From NCBI GenBank assembly GCA_038209745.1, contig JBBQXJ010000001.1:30096-94095 (forward strand): a stretch of 64,000 bases of DNA. The letters run 5' to 3'. The DNA is from Verrucomicrobiota bacterium. GTDB taxonomy: Bacteria > Verrucomicrobiota > Verrucomicrobiia > Limisphaerales > CANJSG01. Below the pieces are notes generated by a model. It was given only the letters and a program-made list of their open reading frames with translations. It did not search any database and was not told the DNA's origin. A program made the translations under genes and the position numbers. Positions 54,001 to 61,139 of the stretch are shown here, one piece after another. The stretch's first letter is position 1. Each line of letters starts with the position of its first letter.

Positions 54001-54703
54001 CCGGACCGCCGTGGTCGGGTTTCTGGGAACCGCTCCGGCGCGGTTGCAGTCGTCCGTGGCGTGGGTCATGGCGGGATCCAAATCGGGCGCGGAAGCCCTC
54101 CTGACGGGGATGGCCGCGGGCAAGATCTCGGCCCGCGTCCTCGGCGAGGCCAAGCTGGTGGAGCGTCTGCGGGCCTCGAATCCCGACGACTTCACCGCGC
54201 GGCTGGCCGCCTTGACCAAGGACCTGCCGCCGGCGGATGGCGAGCGGCAGAAGCGGGTCGATACGCGGCGCGCCGGTCTGGATCCGGCCCATGCGGACGT
54301 CGCCCACGGTCGCCAGATCTTCCAGCAGACCTGTGCCGCCTGCCATCGGATCGCGGGCGAAGGCGGGTTGATCGGGCCGCAGCTCGACGGCATCGGCCTC
54401 CGGGGCGCGGAGCGGCTCTGTGAGGACATCTTGGATCCGAACCGCAACGTCGATTCGGCCTTCCGCCAAACGTTGCTGACCCTGAAAGATGACGAAGTGG
54501 TCAGCGGTCTCTTCCGTCGCGAAGAGGGCGCGACGCTCGTGCTGGCCGATGCGACCGGCGCTGAGATCAAGGTTCAGAAGAACCAGGTGAAGGCGCGGAT
54601 CGAATCCACCACATCGCTCATGCCCGACCTCTTCGGCGAGGCCATCGCGCCGGCCGATTTCAACGATCTGATCGCATGGTTGATGACGCAGCGGGGCCGG
54701 TAG
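51026..54703 (+). CDS. PVC-type heme-binding CxxCH protein (membrane-bound-dehydrogenase-like propeller + HEAT repeats + C-terminal cytochrome c)
   Basis: ATG 51026 is preceded by GGGAGG. N-terminal FDIQLVASEPDINKPMNMAFDATGRLWV, HEAT-like repeats (ALVRRCAAEALTAWPD), and C-terminal GRQIFQQTCAACHRIAGEGG...LMP. Confidence 0.8.
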   Translation: MSPMPLIQSFRAAHVRLALLWVLGQLATGPGAMAADPFEAMVRETEPLPPAEERKTFSLPPGFDIQLVASEPDINKPMNMAFDATGRLWVTTSIEYPFPAKDRPGRDRLMIFEDFGPDGRARKVTQFADGLNIPIGVYPFRSARSPGVSPKEPSSNQGRSLLPEGGTTNETWKAVVWSIPYIWLLEDTTGDGKADKRTQLYGPFDVSRDTHGNQSSFRRGFDGWIYATHGFNNDSWITNRDGSVVHLNSGNSYRFRPDGSKLEHHTHGQVNPFGLAWDPRGNLYSSDCHSAPIYQLLDGGYYPSFGKPDDGLGFAPVMIEHAHGSTAIDGALYYADNLWPAEYQDTFFIGNVMTSRLNRDKITFHGSTPKATEQPDFLTTTDPWFRPVDNQLGPDGALYVADFYNRIIGHYEVPLTHPGRDHERGRIWRVVYTNAVVGRASSPASPANTSLRPAALPSDLASLLEELASPNLTRRLLAQHEIEDRFDDTAVARLKTTAQGVYDFPNGDKRFAQVHAMWALRNLDRLDDESLRAGLPPADPLLKVHAMRILAEMGWREASSHPGTRQHDSVGNLRGAILLSLGDDNALVRRCAAEALTAWPDAGNLPPLLGALSKTDRADSHLLYVLRKAVRDTLEVPGAFDELAKLPEAQRALVADILPAVPTAAAAQYILSNLPQLGTDSAQIGALLQHAARYGDAESAPAIARFALDRYAADPAMQLALIKSVRSGLDQRGAATPEAVTEWGRQLAVKLLDGVGAAVSDWRALPLEGAGQSAVPWVFQDRPCAEGQTTRVISSLAPGGEALTGILRSKRFSLPQSLGFYLAGHDGYPDKPLKHVNKVVLKSSDGTVLREASPPRNDIAVKVEWTFTAAERGREAFLEVIDGDTGDAYAWLAIGRIEPAVVQLPAIAPHELAGRLADAVQLAAAFPSTAATAQLRAVADGPLAAKEQALVLKTLLAQDVSYAAALVPRLLPGAPDEAVLATVLAETDQPEARTAVVGFLGTAPARLQSSVAWVMAGSKSGAEALLTGMAAGKISARVLGEAKLVERLRASNPDDFTARLAALTKDLPPADGERQKRVDTRRAGLDPAHADVAHGRQIFQQTCAACHRIAGEGGLIGPQLDGIGLRGAERLCEDILDPNRNVDSAFRQTLLTLKDDEVVSGLFRREEGATLVLADATGAEIKVQKNQVKARIESTTSLMPDLFGEAIAPADFNDLIAWLMTQRGR

Positions 54704-54731
54704 CGGCGGGCGTCTTTCCGTAGCCCCGATT

Positions 54732-55055
54732 CTAGATCTCTTCCGGCTTTGTTTGGCTCGTTGCGGAATCGCTTTTCTCTTCAGCGTAGGCGAAGCGCAT
54801 CAAGTGCGGGGCACCTCTGAGAAAATACAAACCGATACCCGCCGTCCAAGCGGAGGCCACGAGGTAGTTGGCGGGAGTGGCGGCGTGCGATGACTCCCGG
54901 CCGATCATTGTGACCAACGCCGAGTAGAGATACAGGGCGCTGGCGATCAGCAGGGGCAAGCCGATCGTCCGAATGACCACTCCGAAACAGTCTCTGGGTT
55001 TCATGTTGCGATACGGTGTGTTGTTCGATGGTGAACGACAGAAAACAGAGGTCAT
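54732..55055 (-). CDS. small hypothetical membrane protein (3 TM)
   Basis: 107 aa (ATG 55055; ATG 55004 also possible). Contains VIRTIGLPLLIASALYLYSALV and YLVASAWTAGIGLYFL. Lower GC than the flanks. Confidence 0.4.
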   Translation of the reverse strand: MTSVFCRSPSNNTPYRNMKPRDCFGVVIRTIGLPLLIASALYLYSALVTMIGRESSHAATPANYLVASAWTAGIGLYFLRGAPHLMRFAYAEEKSDSATSQTKPEEI

Positions 55056-55068
55056 CGATTGGCCTTAC

Positions 55069-55494
55069 CTAGCTTCGGGACAGGTCTGTGAGTTTGGTCC
55101 GCGTGATCAACGACCATAGAAAGATTTGGCCGCCGAAGTAGGCGACCACGAGGAACAGGACCATCAGGAAGAGCGAGCTCCAAACTCGGCCTACGGAATA
55201 CCAGTCCGTCTCGACACCCAGCAGAACGATCCCGCCGTAGTGGACAATCAGCAGAGCGGCCGCAGCGATTCGACAGCTTTGGAATCGTCGAAAAACGAGC
55301 AGGGTTCCGACGATTGGCCAGATCGCAAGACCCCATGGAGCTTGAGTCCCGGAGGCGCTAAACGGCGCCAGCAACGCCTCGCCGAAAAATGACGACCCAT
55401 GGCCCGCACCACCCATCAGCATGCCCATGAACGTCAGGAAAAACTGAAAGGCGGAGACTCCGACAACGAAGCCGATTCCTCTCAGTGTTTTCAT
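55069..55494 (-). CDS. hypothetical polytopic membrane protein (4-5 TM)
   Basis: 141 aa. The ATG overlaps the stop of the GNAT-nitrilase gene (ATGA, 55491-55494). No recognisable family. Confidence 0.5.
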   Translation of the reverse strand: MKTLRGIGFVVGVSAFQFFLTFMGMLMGGAGHGSSFFGEALLAPFSASGTQAPWGLAIWPIVGTLLVFRRFQSCRIAAAALLIVHYGGIVLLGVETDWYSVGRVWSSLFLMVLFLVVAYFGGQIFLWSLITRTKLTDLSRS

Positions 55495-57098
55495 GCGCCG
55501 ATTTGACCGTTCTCGGCCCGAACGGGCTGATCACCCAGCGGGCCTTCGCCTTGTTTGGCGGCTTCGGAAACGGCGGCGGAGACGGTGGACACGATCTTGA
55601 AAAGATCGCCGCGGCGGTCGAGCCGGGGGGTGACGGTGCCGGAATGGCGGGCGGCGTGGAGGGCGTCGAGGTCCACGTCGCAGATGAGGACGGTCTCCTC
55701 GTTCGAGTCGGCCTCGGCGGCGATGCCGTCGCGGGCGAAGGCGAAGTCGGAGGGCGTGAAGACGGCGGCCTGGCCGTATTGCACGTCCATGTTGGTCACG
55801 TCGGGGAGGTTGCCGACATTGCCGGCGATGGCGACGTAGACCTGGTTTTCGATGGCCCGGGCATGGGCGCAGACGCGCACCCTGAGGTAGCCCTGGCGGT
55901 TGTCCGTGCAGAAGGGCACGAAGATGATCTCCGCTCCGGAGTCGGCCAGATAACGGGCGGCTTCGGGGAACTCCACGTCGTAGCAGATGAGCACGCCGAT
56001 GCGGGCCTTGGGCGTGTCGATGGTCTGGAGGGTGTGGCCGCCGGAGATGCCCCACCAGCGGCGTTCGTTCGGGGTGATGTGGAGCTTGGGCTGCTCGACG
56101 ATCTGGCCGTTGGGAAGACAGACGTGGCAGAGGTTCAGGAGTTCCTTGCCCTTCTTCACCGGATGGCTGCCGCCGATGATGGTGATGCCGTGCTTCCCCG
56201 CGAGGCCGCTGAGGAGCTGGGAAAGCTTGGGCGTGTATTCGGAGAGGCGCTTCATCCCCTCCTGCGGCGAAAGCTCGGTGCCGGCGGAAAGGAGCTGCAT
56301 GGCGAAGAGCTCGGGCAGCAGGACGAAGTCGGCTTCGTAGTCGGCCGCCACTTCGGTGAAGTAGGTGACCTGGCGGGCGAGATCGGCGAAGGACTTCACC
56401 TTGCGCATCTGGTATTGCACGCAGGCCAGCCGGACCTTTCTCGCGCCGCCCCGGGGAGCTTTGTAGTCGGGGTTCAACCACTCGATGAGGCTGGCCCAGT
56501 TGCGGCTGTTCGGATCCCGGAGGTAGTTCGGCATGACGCCGCGCAGGTGGAAGCCTTCGCGGATCTGGAAACTGAGGACGAGGTCCTTCAGCTCGCCGGC
56601 CGAGACGCGCTGGGCGTACTCGGCGGAGGTCATGGTGTCGGCCACGTCGGAGTAGTTCCACAGGCGGCCGCCCGCGAGGATGCGGCGTTTGTTGAGCTTC
56701 TTGCAAAGCTGGCGCCGGGCCTCGTAGAGCGCGTGTCCGACACCCAGTCCCCGGGCGTCCGGATGCACGTAGACGTCGGCCCCGTAGAGGGTGTCGGCTT
56801 CGGGGTCGTGGTTGGTGAAATAGCCGCTGTCCGTGATGCCGGACCAGGTGTGGTGGCGGAGGGGTTCCCGGCCGATGTCCACGATCAGCGAAGCGGCGGC
56901 GCCGACGATCTTGCCGCCGGAGACGGCCACAAACTGGCCCTGGGGAAAGAGCCGGAGATGGCTCCGGAGATGCGATTCGCCCCAGACGATGTTGTCGCTC
57001 GCCAGGACGGGATAGGCGGCATGGTTCAGCTCGATCAGAGCGGGAATGTCCTGCCGCGTCGCCTCTCGGACCTTGATGGCGGGTTTGGTTCGACTCAT
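55491..57098 (-). CDS. bifunctional GNAT N-acetyltransferase / carbon-nitrogen hydrolase (nitrilase superfamily) protein
   Basis: ATG 57098. GNAT block VHPDARGLGVGHALY. Nitrilase E-K-C triad context: LLPELF, and GVLICYDVEFPE. Confidence 0.85.
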   Translation of the reverse strand: MSRTKPAIKVREATRQDIPALIELNHAAYPVLASDNIVWGESHLRSHLRLFPQGQFVAVSGGKIVGAAASLIVDIGREPLRHHTWSGITDSGYFTNHDPEADTLYGADVYVHPDARGLGVGHALYEARRQLCKKLNKRRILAGGRLWNYSDVADTMTSAEYAQRVSAGELKDLVLSFQIREGFHLRGVMPNYLRDPNSRNWASLIEWLNPDYKAPRGGARKVRLACVQYQMRKVKSFADLARQVTYFTEVAADYEADFVLLPELFAMQLLSAGTELSPQEGMKRLSEYTPKLSQLLSGLAGKHGITIIGGSHPVKKGKELLNLCHVCLPNGQIVEQPKLHITPNERRWWGISGGHTLQTIDTPKARIGVLICYDVEFPEAARYLADSGAEIIFVPFCTDNRQGYLRVRVCAHARAIENQVYVAIAGNVGNLPDVTNMDVQYGQAAVFTPSDFAFARDGIAAEADSNEETVLICDVDLDALHAARHSGTVTPRLDRRGDLFKIVSTVSAAVSEAAKQGEGPLGDQPVRAENGQIGA

Positions 57099-57151
57099 GC
57101 CGAACGCTACCCTCTGAGACGCCGCAAGTCGATGGAGAGCTGGTCGGAACC

Positions 57152-58387
57152 CTAGGGCTTTGCGGCGCGGCTGAGGATGAAGCGATAGGGATACGGCTTG
57201 GCGGCGGCGCGCTCCAAGGCGACCAAACCGTCGTCCACTTCCCGGGCTAGACGGGCCAGTTTCTTGGCCTCTGGATTGTCGCCGTTGAACCGTTCGCGGA
57301 ACGCTGCACCGCCCCAGGCCTTGTCCCGGGCATCGACCAGTTCCCTGACCGAATCGGACTGCGCGTCCCACGGACCCCCGGGCTCCCAGCCGTTGCTCGT
57401 GGCAGAGGCGATGTTCTCGCCCCGGGCCAGACGCTCGGCCGGATACGTGCCGAGCAACCGACCTTCCACGCGCAGCTCGTAGTCGCCGGCGGGAAGCGCT
57501 TTCACGATGAGAGTGTAGCCGTTGAGGCCTTCGGGAATGGGGATCCAACGGTAGTTGAGGGCGCCGAAGATCCCAAGGTTCAGCGGCAGTCCGCGATCCA
57601 ATCGGGTGAACTCGATGCCGTCCGGCGTGGTCTTCAGGGCCGTGATCTTGCAGCCGTCGGCGCCCAGCACCTTGCCGGTGGTCGCATCGAGGGTGGCGGA
57701 GGAAACTTCGGCCGGCGCGTCGAGGCCCTTGATGATGGCGTAGGCCATGGCGAGCTGGCCGAGGTCGTTGAGATGGATGCCGTCGTCCACGTGTAGGCGG
57801 GTCTGCTTTTTCGGATCGGTCTCCTTCGTGTTGGCCTCTACGACACGGCGTTGGACATCGCGCATGCTCCGGGAAATGTCGATTGAACCGGCCCCGAGCG
57901 AACGCGCCAAGGCCATGCCGTCATCGGCCATCTTCTGGAGGTAGCCGTCGGCCGATTTCGCGGGATCTTCGGCGGTGATGGAGGGCGAGCAGATGAAGAC
58001 GCGGATGTGCCGCTTCTGGCAGCGGGTGACGATCCCACGAATTCCATCGAGATACTTCTGGCGATGTTCGTCGTCCGCCTTGGTGCCCCAGCCGATGTCG
58101 TTGATCCCGAAAGCGACCGTAACCACGGTGGCGCCCTTGCTGAAGACGTCGCGTTCCAGCCGCTCCAGACTGCCGAACGCGGTGTCGCCGCCCTGACCCG
58201 CGTTGACGAAGCGCACCTTTCGATCGGGGAAACGCATCAACGTGTAGTGCTCGACCACCTTGGTGTAGCCGCGCGCCGCCGTGATGCTGTCGCCAAGGAA
58301 CGCGAGGGTGTCGCCGTCATGGAGGGCGAAGTCGGCCCGGGCGATCCAAGTGGTAACCCCGAGAAGGAGAGCGAAGAGGAGGCGCAT
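57152..58387 (-). CDS. secreted SGNH/GDSL hydrolase with C-terminal beta-domain
   Basis: Signal peptide MRLLFALLLGVTTWIARA. SGNH blocks FLGDSIT, NAGQGGDT, FGINDIG and DGIHLN. Confidence 0.8.
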   Translation of the reverse strand: MRLLFALLLGVTTWIARADFALHDGDTLAFLGDSITAARGYTKVVEHYTLMRFPDRKVRFVNAGQGGDTAFGSLERLERDVFSKGATVVTVAFGINDIGWGTKADDEHRQKYLDGIRGIVTRCQKRHIRVFICSPSITAEDPAKSADGYLQKMADDGMALARSLGAGSIDISRSMRDVQRRVVEANTKETDPKKQTRLHVDDGIHLNDLGQLAMAYAIIKGLDAPAEVSSATLDATTGKVLGADGCKITALKTTPDGIEFTRLDRGLPLNLGIFGALNYRWIPIPEGLNGYTLIVKALPAGDYELRVEGRLLGTYPAERLARGENIASATSNGWEPGGPWDAQSDSVRELVDARDKAWGGAAFRERFNGDNPEAKKLARLAREVDDGLVALERAAAKPYPYRFILSRAAKP

Positions 58388-58398
58388 GGCGGGAAATC

Positions 58399-59859
58399 TT
58401 ACGGGCGTTTCGCGGCAGTCTGAGCCGTCTGGGCGGGCTTCAGCCGTGGGTCGTCGAGGTCGAGTCGGTAGAGGATCTGGTTGTAGTCGTAGCGCGGGGT
58501 GGGGGTGGGATTGGCGGAGAACGTGTGGGTGTAGGTGCCTTCGAAGAGCAGCATGGGGGAGCCGGTCGGCGTGAAGTCGAGGTGAAGGCAGGGATTGTAG
58601 AACGTGTAGTTGCGGTGGGTCAGCACCTTCACGGCGGGGCCCCAGGGACCGGTCGGCGCATCGGCTTCGGCATACCAAAGCTCGCCGAGGGCGGAGGGCG
58701 TGCCGCCGTTTTGCTGGAACACGGAGACCCATTTCTGGCGCCACGGATGCCAGCCCATGCCGCCCGAATGGACGCCGCGATGCGGCTTCACTTCTCCGCT
58801 GCCATCGGCCGCCATCAGGGTGGCCTGCTGGGTCAGCGGTTCCCACGACGCGGGGTCCTGCCACGCCTCGAACGTCGCCGGACAGCGCATCGTGGGAAAC
58901 GGATGCGTGAAGAGCATCCAGTCTTCGCCCGCCGCATCTTTCCACGGCACCGCGTGGCCCTGCGGGACCACCGGCGACCGGGGCGATTCGGCGGACATTT
59001 TCCAGATGACTTTCAACCTCTCGAAGGACCGGCGGCTCTCGTTCCAAACGGCCAGGCCCCATTCGTAGGCCTCCATCGATGGGCGGACCTTCATGTAGGT
59101 GCAGACGAGATGGGGGGTGCCGGTTCGATCGGGCAGACTGACCATCGCGGTGGCCCAGGTCGGTCCCTCGCCCGACATCGGCGTGATGCCTCGGAGGCGG
59201 TCCTGGTCGTCGCGGAACATCTCGAAGTCCACGCGCAGCGGCGGTTCGAAAATATTCAGTGGAAGCGGCGCGGTGGTGGCGCCGGAACTGTCGAAGATGC
59301 CGAGCGGATAGTTGGGCAGGGTCGTGTCGCCCCAGAGCCAGTAGCGTCTGCCGCGATGGATCGTGGTCTGGACGCTGTCGCTGCCGAAGACGCCGCTCTC
59401 CCTCCGGTCCAGATCGTGTCCGGTCCGCTGGCTCTCGGCGAAGAGCCCGGCGCCGGTCAGACGGCCCAGCCGGCGGGCGATCATCGTGCGTGTCACCTCG
59501 ATCTTGAGAGTCTTGCCCGGCTCGGGCGTCCAGCGAACCCCGCGATAGCCGAACCCGTCCTTCGGCACTTCGTAGCCGTCGGCGGCGACATGGAAGAACG
59601 TTTCCCTCCCCATGACCTCGGGCAGATCGACGGCCACGACGCCGGCGTTGTCGGTATAAAAAGTGACGCTGTGCGTGGTCTTGAGTTCAACCAATGGAAC
59701 GGGCCAGCCGGACCCTTTTTCGACCACTTCGATCCGACCCGGCTCGGCGGCCCGGGTTGCATTCGAGACCAAGGGCAGAAGCGCCAAAGCGGTGGCGAGC
59801 GGGCGCCAGACGCCGAATGGCCCGGTTGTCGGAAGGCGATGTTTCAAGACGGGAACCAT
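58399..59859 (-). CDS. secreted hypothetical protein (N-terminal beta-sandwich + unknown catalytic-looking domain)
   Basis: ATG 59859 with a signal-like LATALALLPLVSNATRA. Contains RRYWLWGDTTLP and WYAEADAPTGPWGP motifs. Sandwiched between GH10 and SGNH. Confidence 0.55.
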   Translation of the reverse strand: MVPVLKHRLPTTGPFGVWRPLATALALLPLVSNATRAAEPGRIEVVEKGSGWPVPLVELKTTHSVTFYTDNAGVVAVDLPEVMGRETFFHVAADGYEVPKDGFGYRGVRWTPEPGKTLKIEVTRTMIARRLGRLTGAGLFAESQRTGHDLDRRESGVFGSDSVQTTIHRGRRYWLWGDTTLPNYPLGIFDSSGATTAPLPLNIFEPPLRVDFEMFRDDQDRLRGITPMSGEGPTWATAMVSLPDRTGTPHLVCTYMKVRPSMEAYEWGLAVWNESRRSFERLKVIWKMSAESPRSPVVPQGHAVPWKDAAGEDWMLFTHPFPTMRCPATFEAWQDPASWEPLTQQATLMAADGSGEVKPHRGVHSGGMGWHPWRQKWVSVFQQNGGTPSALGELWYAEADAPTGPWGPAVKVLTHRNYTFYNPCLHLDFTPTGSPMLLFEGTYTHTFSANPTPTPRYDYNQILYRLDLDDPRLKPAQTAQTAAKRP

Positions 59860-59899
59860 TGCTGAACGATCCCCGGAACCGGCGCCTTCGTCGACTCCG

Positions 59900-61036
59900 C
59901 TATTTTTCGGAAAGGACCTTGATGACCGCATTGAAGGCCGGCTTGGGTTGGCGGGCACGGTCGAAGAGCAGTGGATGGTTCACCCGTTTCCACGGGAAGT
60001 CGTTCAACCAGCTCTCGCCGTCGTGGAGGTTCCAGAAGGAGACGCGCTCGATGACGTCCGCGTGTTTCCGGTAGATCTGGAAGAGGCGGCCGTATTGCTC
60101 GGCCTGGCGTTGCAAGACTTCTGGCGGGCAGCCGGCGCGATAGGGATCGATGAGCGCCATTTCCTCGCGGTATTTGCCGCCATCGGCCCACCAGCGGCCG
60201 CGCGGGATGACGTCGATGTCCAGCTCGGACACGACGACCTTCATGCCCAGTTCCTTCATGGCGACGAGGGTCGCCTCGATGTCGTCGAACGGCACGTGGT
60301 CCAGCTCGTAGTGGCCCTGCATGCCGACGGCGTGGATCGGGGCGCCCCGTTCCTTCAGGGAGCGGACGAGCCGGATCATCTTCTCGCGCTTGGCGGGGAG
60401 CTCGTTGTTGTAGTCGTTGTAGATGAGCAGGGCCGCAGGATCGGTCTCGTGGGCGATCTCGAAGGCGCGGGCGATGAAGTCCTCGCCGCAGGCCGTGGAC
60501 CAGCCGGAGGGGCGGAGGTAGTTGGTGCCGTCGTCGAGGGCTTCGTTGACCACGTCCCACTGGGCGATACGACCCTGGTAGCGTCCGACCTCGGTGACGA
60601 TATGGCGGCGCATCCGCTCCAGCAGCACCATGCGGGACGCGGTCTTGCCGCCGTCCAAAAAGAACCAGGCGGGGGTGCGGTCGTCCTTGGCCCAGACGAG
60701 ACAATGGCCGACGACGCGAAGCCCGTTGCTCTGGGCAAAGGCAACGAATTCATCGGGCTGCTCGAAGCGGAACATTCCAGGAGCCGACTGGCTGGCGGCG
60801 GGCTTCATGCAGTTCTCCGGCGTGACATACTCAAACTGGGCCTGCAACAGGGCCCAGTCGTTGGTCAGAAACGGGATGCGATCGCTGATGCCCACCCCGA
60901 TGTGGAAAAAGCCGCCGGCGGTGCCGCGAAGGGTGGGAACGGGCGGAGCCACTGGAGCGGGCGCAGGGGATCGGCAGCTGGATAGCAGCGGACCAAGAAC
61001 CAGTGCAACCAAAGCGAGGCGGCGAAGTCTTGTCAT
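59900..61036 (-). CDS. GH10 endo-1,4-beta-xylanase, lipoprotein
   Basis: Lipobox LVLGPLLSSC. GHCLVW, WDVVNEA (acid/base Glu), YNDYN, GMQGHY and VSELDI (nucleophile Glu). Confidence 0.9.
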   Translation of the reverse strand: MTRLRRLALVALVLGPLLSSCRSPAPAPVAPPVPTLRGTAGGFFHIGVGISDRIPFLTNDWALLQAQFEYVTPENCMKPAASQSAPGMFRFEQPDEFVAFAQSNGLRVVGHCLVWAKDDRTPAWFFLDGGKTASRMVLLERMRRHIVTEVGRYQGRIAQWDVVNEALDDGTNYLRPSGWSTACGEDFIARAFEIAHETDPAALLIYNDYNNELPAKREKMIRLVRSLKERGAPIHAVGMQGHYELDHVPFDDIEATLVAMKELGMKVVVSELDIDVIPRGRWWADGGKYREEMALIDPYRAGCPPEVLQRQAEQYGRLFQIYRKHADVIERVSFWNLHDGESWLNDFPWKRVNHPLLFDRARQPKPAFNAVIKVLSEK

Positions 61037-61139
61037 CGATGGATTTGATCCTGCCAGAACCCGTTGGGAAAGCCTGCCATCCAAAGAGACGACAGGAGTT
61101 CCGGTTGTCAGAAGTCCGCCGCTCGCCTAGAGATTCTCA

